Source: Bugula neritina (taxonomy: Eukaryota; Animalia; Bryozoa). Taken from it: DNA of 64,000 nt. The stretch covers positions 31,548,773 to 31,612,772 of the forward strand of contig OZ037766.1 of NCBI GenBank assembly GCA_964035545.1, in the 5' to 3' direction. The position numbers were made by a program, and so were the translations under genes. Positions 42,601 through 56,200 of the stretch are shown one piece after another; positions within the stretch are counted from its first letter, which is position 1; the number at the start of each line of letters is the position of its first letter. Below the pieces are notes generated by a model. That model saw only the letters and a list, made by a program, of their open reading frames with translations. It ran no database searches and had not been told where the DNA came from.

Positions 42601-44098
42601 CTCAAAGGTTTTTCATCAAATCATATAATAATAGTTATACAATTTCCCTCTTTCAATAAACTCATATGTCTGATAATTAAGCCTTACACTTATGATAAGT
42701 ATAACTATTCTTGTATTCAGGTCACCAAGTTGAAACAAGACTACAAATACTTACGTTTGCATGGTACAGTGAGGTACGCTTTGACAAAATAGTCGTCCCC
42801 TTGACAAGCAGTTCCGCCCTTATATGGATAAGGGTTGCTGCACGTTCTGTACCAGACTTCCGTTACATTGTCACAAGTGGCCGACTGTGTAGCCCTGGCC
42901 CACTCAGACCAGGCTCCATTCACTATTATTATATGTTATATCATATTTGTTAGTGGTGCTTGTGTTGGATACATAATCGATGCAGTATTACATGTTAATC
43001 AACTAGATAAGTCATGAAATTAGTTAGAGCTGTGTTAGTTTAGGCCAAGTACCATATTCATCATGAGTATTGGTTGAACATTTATTCCGAATACTGATTT
43101 GGCACTTATTTTAAATATTTATTGATTAATAGTAAAAACTAGCCTTAGCAAGCAATAATTGATTGTTCATCACAAAAATCGATTGAATATTGAGAGTTGA
43201 ATTTTTCTAGTGGAAACATTCCTTCTTTAGTGCATCGAAATACTTTTGAGTGCAAATCAGACTTACTGTATTCATTTGAACGTGACTTTAATACAAGTGT
43301 TTACTATAACTGCTTACACACTTTGTTATTCCAACATTACTAGTCATTGGCTCAGTCTTTAAAAAGGAAGACAATTCTTATTCAACTGAGAATTGAGAGG
43401 TTAGAGGTGTGTGGGGTGACATAGACTGAGAGCACCAACTATCTACAGACCTGTAACATCTGGACATATGTAGTCATCATGCACCTCCTGAGGACTGATG
43501 TTATCAAAGTCCTGAGGCCAAGCTCGGAAGTGACTCATGTCACTAGAGTTATACGTATCACCAGGATAATACTTCAGTCTCCGAGCCGCAAAGTATCTGT
43601 GCTCTTTCCCGTTGTGCCTTATGTTGAATCTGGTAGCGAAGATGTCATCTGAAACACAGAAATATCTCAACGTCTCTCACACATGGCAAACATCTGGAGG
43701 AAATTGTTGTAAAGCTTCAATTGCTGTTGATTAGCTTACGTTGTTTCATGTTATGGAAAACGGCCGAGCCATTGTGTGTCGTCCAAAAGGTGAAGACGTA
43801 GCGTCTAGCGTAGAAGTTGGGTGACTTCCACAAGTTGGCCTCGTAAGACCGAGACTTGTTAGAGGTGAGAAGGAGGAGCATGTCGTATTCGTCAGCCGGC
43901 GGTTTGCGGCACCCGTAGCTGAGCTGTTGGAGAAATTGATAGCAAAGTAATATCATGATGTGAAGCTGTAAGAGGGTTATATATTGGATAATAATATTAC
44001 ATAGTTACAGTAGTAGTTGCAGCAACAGCAGCAACAGCAGCAGTAGTAGTAGTGGTAGTAGTAGTAGTGGTAGTAGTAGTATTAGTAGTAGTAGTAGC

Positions 44099-44147
<49 letters not shown>

Positions 44148-44188
44148 CTACTACTAGTACTACTAGTAGTAGTACTAGTAGTACTAGC

Positions 44189-44238
<50 letters not shown>

Positions 44239-47200
44239 CAGCAGTAGTAGCAGTAGTAGTATCTAGTAGTGGTACTAGTACTAGTAGTAGTAGTAGTAGC
44301 AGCAGTAGTAGTAGTAGTAGTATCTAGTAGTGGTACTAGTACTAGTAGTAGTAGTAGTAGTAGTACTAGTGCTGACATACCCCGACTTCCAAGACTTGTG
44401 GCAGCTCTACCAAATCCCAGTACCGGATGGTGTACATGTAAGGCCTGAGAGAGGCAGCATCATCTCGAATAATCGCCATCAACGGGTACGCTTCATTTAT
44501 GAAGCGAGAGAGTCCGAGCCCTCGCATAGCTGCGGGAGTTGTTTGCACCTGAACTCCTACATTACATCATATATCATGACATCATGATACACGTGATACA
44601 TCATATATCATGATATATTGATATATATGGGTGAAGAACACCTACCTGAAGTTTCTTGGACCCGAAGGTCAACGAGAGGTGACAGCGTGATCCACCCCTC
44701 ATTGTCAGCATCAGACGTGGTGCTGATGTAAGCCCTGGGTTGGTAGAGTCCGGCGTTTGTGAGATCCAGGTCTGAGATGGGCATGGTTACCACAGCTCGT
44801 CTGCCATTGTTCTGTAACCTCCACTGCCTACCAGAAAGACAAGAGAGTCAATAGCCCAGGTTCTAGGCTACTGAATTCTAGCCTTAGCAAATATTCTCTC
44901 AGATGGTGAAAGTTAGATAGAAAAGAATTACAGTTGGAAGAAAAGGTACTAGCTAAGACAGACAGACAGAGAAGAAGAGAAAAAGAGAGGGAAAAAGATA
45001 AGGGGAGGGAGGGAGAGAGAGTATACAGGTAGACAGTATACAGGTAGAGAGTATACAGGTAGAGAGTATACAGGTAGAGAGTAGAGCAGGGAGAACACAA
45101 CTTACAGTGTCACCAGGTGGCTATGTTCAGGATCAGTAGACTCCACATAGGATCTGGTAGAGTGCATAAACCATTTGTTACCTAACGGCTGGTGTGTAAT
45201 AATATAAAAATACATTACTGTAATGTAATAATATAATACAAAAACATAGTGTAGTAATATAATAACTTAATACAATATTACAATGCAAGAATATAATACA
45301 ATATAATGATATAAAGTAATTTAAGAGTTCCAGAATAAAATTCAAGAATAAAACACATGGAAAAAGTCGCAGACAAAACAGAATGTATAAAGAATAACTG
45401 AACTTGTTTAAAGGTTCGACTAGTACAACTGGTTGTCAAGTGATATCACCAGGTGATGTATATTAGATACATTGTGGCCTTGTGATATATCATACAACAC
45501 ACACATGTGCACGAGAAGAGATGTCTAGAGAGAAACTCACGTCGCCATTGGCTAGCTGACACTCTGTTGACCTGGCATTGTCGGTAAAGATGTCCACTGT
45601 GCAGGGGTGAATATTCTTCACCCAGCAAGCTTCTTGTGCTATCTGACTCTTGAAAAGAGCTACAAGTGGAGAAGGGAAGTAGAGAGAGATAAGGAGAAGG
45701 GAAGTAGAGAGAGATAAGGAGAAGGGAGATAGAGAGAGATAAGGAGAAGGGAGGTAGAGAGAGAGATAAGGAGAAGGGAAGTAGTGAGAGATAAGGAGAA
45801 GGGAAGTAGAGAGAGATAAGGAGAAGGGAGATAGAGAGAGATAAGGAGAAGGGAAGTAGAGAGAGATAAGGAGAAGGGAAGTAGTGAGAGATAAGGAGAA
45901 GGGAGGTAGTAAGAGAGATAAGGAGAAGGGAAGTAGAGAGAGATAAGGAGAAGGGAGGTAGAGAGAGATAAGGAGAAGGGAAGTAGAGAGAGAGAGATAA
46001 GGAGAAGGGAAGTAGAGAGAGAGATAAGGAGAAGGGAGGTAGAGAGAGAGATAAGGAGAAGGGAGGTAGAGAGAGATAAGGAGAAGGGAAGTAGAGAGAG
46101 ATAATGAGAAGGGAAGTAGTGAGAGATAAGGAGAAGGGAATTAGAGAGAGATAAGGAGAAGGGAAGTAGAGAGAGATAAGGAGAAGGGAGGTAGAGAGAG
46201 ATAAGGAGAAGGGAAGTAGAGAGAGATAAGGAGAAGGGAAGTAGAGAGAGATAAGGAGAATGGAAGTAGAGAGAGATAAGGAGAAGGGAGATAGAGAGAG
46301 ATAAGGAGAAGGGAAGTAGAGAGAGATAAGGAGAAGGGAAGTAGAGAGAGATAAGGAGAAGGGAAGTAGAGAGAGATAAGGAGAAGGGAAGTAGTGAGAG
46401 AGATAAGGAGAAGGGAGATAGTGAGAGATAAAGAGAGAGAGAGAGAGAGATAAGGAGAAGGGAAGTAGAGAGAGAGATAAGGAGAAGGGAAGTAGAGAGA
46501 GATAAGGAGAAGGGAAGTAGAGAGAGATAAGGAGAAGGGAAGTAGAGAGAGATAAGGAGAAGGGAAGTAGAGGGAGATAAGGAGAAGGGAAGTAGAGAGA
46601 GAGATAAGGAGAAGGGAAGTAGTGAGAGAGATAAGGAGAAGGGAGATAGTGAGAGATAAGGAGAAGGGAAGTAGAGAGAGATAAGGAGAAGGGAGGTAGT
46701 GAGAGATAAGGAGAAGGGAAGTAGAGAGAGATAAGGAGAAGGGAGATAGAGAGAGATAAGGAGAAGGGAAGTAGAGAGAGATAAGGAGAAGGGAAGTAGT
46801 GAGAGATAAGGAGAAGGGAGGTAGTAAGAGAGATAAGGAGAAGGGAAGTAGAGAGAGATAAGGAGAAGGGAGGTAGAGAGAGATAAGGAGAAGGGAAGTA
46901 GAGAGAGAGAGAGAGATAAGGAGAAGGGAAGTAGAGAGAGATAAGGAGAAGGGAAGTAGAGAGAGAGAGAGATAAGGAGAAGGGAAGTAGAGAGAGAGAT
47001 AAGGAGAAGGGAAGTAGAGAGAGATAAGGAGAAGGGAAGTAGAGGGAGATAAGGAGAAGGGAGGTAGTAAGAGAGATAAGGAGAAGGGAAGTAGAGAGAG
47101 ATAAGGAGAAGGGAGGTAGAGAGAGATAAGGAGAAGGGAAGTAGAGAGAGAGAGAGAGATAAGGAGAAGGGAAGTAGAGAGAGAGATAAGGAGAAGGGAA

Positions 47201-50200
47201 GTAGTGAGAGATAAGGAGAAGGGAAGTAGAGAGAGATAAGGAGAAGGGAGATAGAGAGAGATAAGGAGAAGGGAAGTAGAGAGAGATAAGGAGAAGGGAA
47301 GTAGTGAGAGATAAGGAGAAGGGAGGTAGTAAGAGAGATAAGGAGAAGGGAAGTAGAGAGAGATAAGGAGAAGGGAGGTAGAGAGAGATAAGGAGAAGGG
47401 AAGTAGAGAGAGAGAGATAAGGAGAAGGGAAGTAGAGAGAGAGATAAGGAGAAGGGAGGTAGAGAGAGAGATAAGGAGAAGGGAGGTAGAGAGAGATAAG
47501 GAGAAGGGAAGTAGAGAGAGATAATGAGAAGGGAAGTAGTGAGAGATAAGGAGAAGGGAATTAGAGAGAGATAAGGAGAAGGGAAGTAGAGAGAGATAAG
47601 GAGAAGGGAGGTAGAGAGAGATAAGGAGAAGGGAAGTAGAGAGAGATAAGGAGAAGGGAAGTAGAGAGAGATAAGGAGAATGGAAGTAGAGAGAGATAAG
47701 GAGAAGGGAGATAGAGAGAGATAAGGAGAAGGGAAGTAGAGAGAGATAAGGAGAAGGGAAGTAGAGAGAGATAAGGAGAAGGGAAGTAGAGAGAGATAAG
47801 GAGAAGGGAAGTAGTGAGAGAGATAAGGAGAAGGGAGATAGTGAGAGATAAAGAGAGAGAGAGAGAGAGATAAGGAGAAGGGAAGTAGAGAGAGAGATAA
47901 GGAGAAGGGAAGTAGAGAGAGATAAGGAGAAGGGAAGTAGAGAGAGATAAGGAGAAGGGAAGTAGAGAGAGATAAGGAGAAGGGAAGTAGAGGGAGATAA
48001 GGAGAAGGGAAGTAGAGAGAGAGATAAGGAGAAGGGAAGTAGTGAGAGAGATAAGGAGAAGGGAGATAGTGAGAGATAAGGAGAAGGGAAGTAGAGAGAG
48101 ATAAGGAGAAGGGAGGTAGTGAGAGATAAGGAGAAGGGAAGTAGAGAGAGATAAGGAGAAGGGAGATAGAGAGAGATAAGGAGAAGGGAAGTAGAGAGAG
48201 ATAAGGAGAAGGGAAGTAGTGAGAGATAAGGAGAAGGGAGGTAGTAAGAGAGATAAGGAGAAGGGAAGTAGAGAGAGATAAGGAGAAGGGAGGTAGAGAG
48301 AGATAAGGAGAAGGGAAGTAGAGAGAGAGAGAGAGATAAGGAGAAGGGAAGTAGAGAGAGATAAGGAGAAGGGAAGTAGAGAGAGAGAGAGAGAGATAAG
48401 GAGAAGGGAAGTAGAGAGAGAGATAAGGAGAAGGGAAGTAGAGAGAGATAAGGAGAAGGGAAGTAGAGGGAGATAAGGAGAAGGGAGGTAGTAAGAGAGA
48501 TAAGGAGAAGGGAAGTAGAGAGAGATAAGGAGAAGGGAGGTAGAGAGAGATAAGGAGAAGGGAAGTAGAGAGAGAGAGAGAGATAAGGAGAAGGGAAGTA
48601 GAGAGAGAGATAAGGAGAAGGGAAGTAGAGAGAGATAAGGAGAAGGGAAGTAGAGGGAGATAAGGAGAAGGGAAGTAGAGAGAGAGATAAGGAGAAGGGA
48701 GATAGTGAGAGATAAGGAGAAGGGAAGTAGAGAGAGATAAGGAGAAGGGAGGTAGAGAGAGATAAGGAGAAGGGAGGTAGAGAGAGATAAGGAGAAGGGA
48801 GATAGAGAGATAAGGAGAAGGGAAGTAGTGAGAGATAAGGAGAAGGGAGGTAGAGAGAGATAAGGAGAAGGGAAGTAGAGAGAGATAAGGAGAAGGGAAG
48901 TAGAGAGAGATAAGGAGAAGGGAAGTAGAGAGAGATAAGGAGAAGGGAAGATAGTGTGTAACATATTGAATTATTTGGTATAGGAGAGATACTGGCTCAG
49001 TACATTACATTTACCCTGACAAACATGAAGAAACAGGTAACTGGTGTATGTGAAGCTAAAATGATTAAAAAATAAATGTTTGAACAAAAATCAGCCTATT
49101 TAAATTCATAGGTATAATTAACTGATAAACTCAAACTACCTCAAATAATAATTTACCAAATACACCACAAGCGTTGTTTAAAACCTCACAACACGGTATA
49201 ACCAAGAGTATAACAAGATGGCGGACTCACAAACATTGGAGATTGAGTAACTGGAGTCCACACCAGCCGTGTCCAAGTCAAGAACCCACTGAATGTTTCC
49301 AGAGTAGCCGCTAATGACTCCGAGATGAGTCGTATGATTTCCTGGCGTCCGCACTGTCTGGTTGCTCTCTTGTTGTAGATTATAACTGAGTTTCACGTCA
49401 CCTGTCACTAGACTAGCTAGACGACTTTCCTTAGTTACTACAGCAACATAGTAATATATATATAAATATACTACAGCAATATACCAATATATTACATTAT
49501 ACATGCTATAAATAAACATGCATGCTCACATGATTTGATATTGCCGTGGACCTTTGCTAAGGTGAAAGGGTGCACGGGCTGGCCACTCACTGATAGTAGG
49601 TCGATGCTAGTTGAGTTGAAGGTTGCAGTAGCAGAAAGCCCTTTGGCTATTCCTAAAACAAATAATATTGATACATTGATATACTCTGAGTATATTAATA
49701 TATTACTCTGAGTATATTACTCTGAGTATATTACTCTGAGTATATTAATATATTACCCTGAGTATATTAATATATTACTCTGAGTATATTACTCTGAGTA
49801 TATTACTCTGAGTATATTAATATATTACTCTGAGTACATTAATATATTACCCTGAGTATATTAATATATTACTCTGAGTATATTAATATATTACTCTGAG
49901 TATATTAATATATTACTCTGAGTATATTAATATGCTACTTTGAATATATTACTTTGAGTATATTAATATGCTACTCTGAATATATTACTCTGAGTATATT
50001 AATATGCTACTAATCATATGCTAATATATCAACATCCCTATACCACCCGCGCAGGACCACGGCGGTGAAAGGTGACCAAAGGTGACCAATGCCAATATAT
50101 GTTTTAGATGTCTGCAAAATTTAAAAGGGATTTCTTAAAAATTTGCTAAAGCAGACTCTTATGCTTCTAATTCACGTGTTATGTGTAACCAACTGACTGT

Positions 50201-53200
50201 TCTTGGACTTTCATCATTATTGTGGTCAAACTATGCCAGATGTTACCAGATAAAGTTTAGTGAAAAATTCAACAAATCTGCAAATTGAAATAATCCAAGG
50301 CACTTTGTTGAAATTATATATTAAGTGTTTACCAATACTAAGTACTTACCAATACTAAGTACTTACCAATACTAAGTACTTACCAATACTAAGTACTTAC
50401 CTATACTAAGTACTTACCAATACTAAGTGTTTACCAATACTAAGTGTATATACTTACCAATACTAAGTACTTACCAATACTAAGTGCATACTTACCAATG
50501 TTGCTAGTAAAACATTCACCATTGCCCCAGCACAGCCCAATTTGTTCCTCTAATAAACTGTTGACCGTACCATCCAGTTCTGTACAGTTCTGTATCGTAA
50601 GGTACTCTTTGTATAATGTCCTTTCATATAACGGCCCTAGTTGCCTGTGTAATATATATATACAGATATATTCATATACAGGTGCAGGTACGTAAGTAAG
50701 AGTGATAAGTCAGAAATATTCGTTTAATCACTCTCTTGCACACTACTAAATAGTAAACTATAATTTCCCTAGTGTTGTAGATAAAGTAAAATATGAAGCA
50801 TTAGAGTATGAAAGCTAGCTGATACAATAGAAAGTTCAGCTTTAGGATATAATGAAGTAAACTGGGAGTTGCTGTAGCTAGACTGGGTAGGTTATATTAC
50901 CAAGCTAATGTTAGTGTGTATGTTAACAAGTAGACACTATTTTATTCCTGTTTTTGAGGGATGCTTCATTAGTTTCATAGAATAGAACGTAAGACGTACA
51001 GACAGATATGGATAGAGATAAATACAGACAGACAAACAGACATACAGATAGAAATACAGACAGACATACAGATAGAAATACAGACAGACATACAGACAGA
51101 CATACAGACACATGGACAGGAATACAGACATACTAACAGACATATAGGCACACGAAGACACACAGACAGACACACAGACAGACACACACAGACAGACAAA
51201 CAGACAGACACACACACACACACAGACAGACAGACAGACATACACACACACACACAGACAGACAGACACACACAGACAGACAAACAGACAGACACACACA
51301 CACACACATGAAGACAAACAGACAGACACACAGACGGACACACACAGACACACACACACAGACAGACAGACACACAGACAGACAGACATACACAGACAGA
51401 CAGACAGACGCAATATACACACACAAAGCGTAACGTACGCAGGGCTACACTGTCTAGTTCTCTTCCTTTCCTTGTCCTCTGGTCCAGAGCAAGTTGAACC
51501 ACACGCCGACCACTGGGCCCACTGGTGCCAGTACGGATCTTGGTGCACTGCAGCATTGTATCACAGTCTAATGTCACTCTCTTTACGTTATAGCATTTTA
51601 CATCAAGAAAAAAAGTGATATTAGAGACAACCAGAGCTGATGTTAAATAGCAGTGATTAAACCCATAAGCATTGTACACTTTTTGGGAAAACGCAATGGA
51701 ACTTTTCATAGTCTCCGACACGCACAAGTTTGGGAATCACAGGAGTAAAAACCAGAGTTGGGTAAGTTAATCATTATAGTGATGTTTCACACCTTCACGG
51801 GGTTTCATCTACCTTTGACCTGCCTCTCACTTTTAGAAAACTATTTACTATTACTATTAGATTAATGTGATACCTACTCACAATGCCATTCATAAAACAA
51901 ACATTCCAATTTACTGTTTACAACAAAGTAAGCATAATTTCACAAAACAAGGTAATCATGTGGAATATTTCACAAAACAAGGTAAACTTACCAATTATTT
52001 GGTATGAAGCATAAATAAGCTTCTTTCCAGTTCTGGAATCTCTAATGAAAGGAGTCACAAACCCACTGTTGTTCGTATAAACCCTCAAGAAGAGCTCATG
52101 CTTGTAGCCTATGGTCTTTATTCTTTGAAACAGTTTTGTGCACCTGGCTCTGGCGGGCACGTGGTAAAACCTGTAGTAATATCATATCTTTACAATAGAT
52201 ACTAGGATGATAAAGGCTAGATGCCATCAGCCAGAACAAAACTTTCAGTATGTCATCAGCATTACATTAATTCCTTCTGGGTTGGTGAAGTATTGGTACA
52301 AGAAACATGCAGACACTACTAAGTGGCCAGCAGCTGTTCTACCATTGCATCATCTCTACTGAATGTATGATCAAAGCAAGAACACTACATATTACATGAT
52401 TATAAAAAGGTTACCATTAAATTCTAGTAAAAATAAACTCCAACATATTTTAGCCTCATTTGAATTTGACCATCATTTCATTTATAATGCAACTAAAACT
52501 CAAATATAAATATGATATATTGGAAACCTTCATCACAAACAATATGTGTTATGTCTGATTCACAAGGGCATTTCAATTAAAAATATATCCAAGCGCATTA
52601 CACCTCAACGATAACATTTGACTCACTCTATCTAGTACTTGAAATAATTACTAATTTATCCATTAGAAATATGACAGTTATGAGAACTTATAATTTAAAT
52701 AACTAAATAATTAGATCAAACTCTTGAATGAGCCCTATGAAACTGAAAGGTAGATACCATTACCCTTTATCATCAGAAACTCCATCGTGAACATACAAGT
52801 ACTCCTCAGCGTTGAGGTGAAACGCATTGCCTTTAGTATCACACCCAATTTCTTTCACCTCTCCGAGTGTCCGTTCAAACGTTCCCCTGCTGTCGAACTG
52901 CAATCCAATCTACAAAATATATTAGACTATGATGAGAGTGAACAAAATACTTTGCTTAACCAATAGATTTTATAATATTTGAAAATGTTTTAGTGAAATT
53001 TAAAATAAGGCAGTTAGGTTTAGTTATTAGATTTCAGTTAAAAATAACTAATTGTTATTTCAGAATTACTGACTGCTTGTTATTCATTACTGACTGCTAG
53101 TCATGAATAACTGACTGCTAGTCATAACCAACTTACTGCTGTTTATACCTTGTTATATATGATCTCACAGTTATATTGTAGTGAATTTTGCTATTCACTA

Positions 53201-56200
53201 TATTATGTGTGGGTCAACTTAAACAAAGCCACTACACCAGGTTGTTTACGCTAAGATAACTTTATTATTTACAGGAATACAAGAAGGTTATTTACTGCTA
53301 ACATGAATAGAAACGATTACATAATTAGTGAGCTTTAATACACAACTACTCTAAATGAAGTCCCAAGCTGCTCTGCCGGCTAGCTACTCAGCGCACTGCA
53401 ACTACGAGTAGCTAGCTCCACCTGCTATCAATTAGTGTGTCTGTCCTGATTGGTGGTTACTAGTGGTGCCACTGCTGTCCATAGCTACATGCCGATGTAG
53501 TCGAACTCACAATATAATAAACAGTATAGAGTGAACCTTTTCGATTAATACCAATAATGTTTGCACCACTAAAATCTATCACAATATATTAGTTAAACAT
53601 TTAACCAAGTACGCTCAGCTGTTATAGTATAAGAGGCACCACAACAAGTCATCTGTTTAGTTCTGAAGATTTGTTTTAAGTCCTCAGTCTAATAGTGAAT
53701 CAGTCAGCAATGATCTCTACTCATTTGATAAGACTGAGTGTCATAGCCACTAGCAATGATCTCTACTCACCTGATAGCACTGAGTGTCACAGCCACTAGC
53801 AATGATCTCTACTCACCTGATAGCACTGAGTGTCATAGCCACTAGCAATGATCTCTACTCACCTGATAGGATTGAGTGTCATAGCCACTAGCAATGATCT
53901 CTACTCACCTGATAGGATTGAGTGTCATAGCCACTAGCAATGATCTCTACTCACCTGATAGGGCTGAGTGTCATAGCCACTAGTAATGTTGAATGTGAAT
54001 TTAAAGAGAGTGCCAGTTTCATATCGGATTCTATTGTTGAAAGCAGCAAAGCTGCGATATCCTGACTTGTACATGGCCTCAACTGACCACTTCACGCTTC
54101 GATATCCAGGTTCAGGGTTATAACTTCTCACTACACCGGACTCTGAATTAAAAATAGGAGAGTTTTATTCTATATGTTAACTACACGGAGAAGTTCTCAT
54201 GCATGTAAATAATAAATGTGTGAGTAAAAACATTGAAACTTTGATAAAAAATAATACAGCCGAGTTTGTATTGAAATGCAAGATCTAAGTATAAGATATA
54301 CTTCCCGATAATACCTTTATAGCTCAATTGTTTCACCTGCTTTGTGGCAATTTTCAAAAGTGATTTATTATACAAACATAGAACTCTAAGTTAAATCAAT
54401 TTCTACAGAAACTAGACAACGTGCAATCACAGAGAAGTATCAGAAAGCAAGCAGCAGATGTATGCTGAACATGTGACTTAAAAACCAAGTGAGCTGATGC
54501 CAGCAGTAAAGCAACTTAAATAGCTGTATATACAAACCCTTAATACTTACCACCAGATGCTGTGTTGGCGAAAAGTAGAACTAAAACAAAAAAACAAAGT
54601 TGTACTATACTTACTCTAAGAGATAATATACTATACTTACTCTAAGTGATAATATACTGTACTTACACTAAGTGATAATATACTATACTTACTCTAAGTG
54701 ATAATATACTATACTTACTCTAAGTGATAATATACTATACTTACTCTAAGTGATAATATACTGTACTTACACTAAGTGATAATATACTATACTTACTCTA
54801 AGTGATAATATACTATACTTACTCTAAGTGATAATATACTATACTTACTCTAAGTGATAATATACTATACTTACTCTAAGAGATAATATACTATACTTAC
54901 TCTAAGAGATAATATACTATACTTACTCTAAGTGATAATATACTGTACTTACTCTAAGAGATAATATACTGTACTTACTCTAAGTGAGGATATACTATAC
55001 TTACTCAAAGAGATAATATACTATACTTACTCTAAGAGATGATATACTATACTTACTCTAAGTGATAATATACTATACTTACTCTAAGAGATAATATACT
55101 ATACTTACGCTAAGAGATAATATACTATACTTACTCTAAGAGATAATATACTATACTTACTCTAAGAGATAATATACTATACTTACACTAAGAGATAATA
55201 TACTATACTTACACTAAGAGATAATATACTATACTTACTCTAAGTGATAATATACTATTATACTAAAGATTTTAAATAAGCAAATAGTAGATTTTCTAGA
55301 AAGCAAAAATTATTTAACTGATAAGCAGTACGGCTTTAGACGAAATAGAAACACAAATATTGCCTTAATTAATCTAACAAATAAGGTTTTAAATGCCATG
55401 AACAATGGTAATTCTGTAGCTGGAATTTTCCTCGATTTTAGTAAGGCCTTTGACACAATAAATCATGAAATCTTATTAGCTAAATTAAAAATGCTCCATT
55501 TTTCAAGTCACAGTGTGAAGCTAATTAAAAATTATCTGTCCAATCGTCAACAGTCTACTATTATTAACAACACATATTCTGACTTTATTCATATCACATG
55601 TGGAGTACCACAAGGATCCATACTTGGTCCCACACTATTCCTAATTTATATAAATGATCTTCCAGATGTAACTATGCATTTAGACCCTATATTATTTGCC
55701 GACGATACGAACCTCTTCTTTGAATCAAAAAATCTATTATACAATATGGACGTCATAAACTGTGAATTAAAGAAAATTGAAAATTGGTGCAATAAAAATA
55801 AATTAACTGTAAATATGAGTAAAACAAACTATATGATAATCAAAACAGCGCAAAATAAACAAGATTTAAATGGCTTTGCCTTAGAAATGTTTAACAAAAA
55901 ATTAGTGGAAGTAAAATCAACTACCTTCTTAGGTATTATAATAGATTCACATCTTTCTTGGCAACAACATTGCAGCAAACTTTGTCAAAACCTAAGGCCC
56001 TTAGTAGGCTTGATAAGTAAATGTTCCAATCACCTACCTAGAAAAATTCTAATACAAATATATAACTCTTTTGTAAATTCTAAATTAACATATTGCCTAG
56101 AATCGTGGGGTAATGCAGCAAACATTTATCTTGAACCACTACATTTACTGCAAAAGAAAATACTGAGAATTATATATAAAAAGCATCACCTTTCCCCATC

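Noticed and set aside
45106-45188. Apparent in-frame TGA (possible selenocysteine or pseudogene) if the TTAG acceptor at ~45182 is used
   Set aside because: The CACCAG acceptor 7 nt upstream gives an open, phase-consistent exon ([14 protein letters not shown]...).
47561-48964. 467-aa Leu/Ser/Pro ORF, and similar long ORFs at 8788-9276, 12341-13136, 14914-15831, 18091-19319, 34965-35405 and 50937-51727
   Set aside because: Translations of tandem repeats lying in introns whose flanking exons join in phase without them; only short exonic parts are real.
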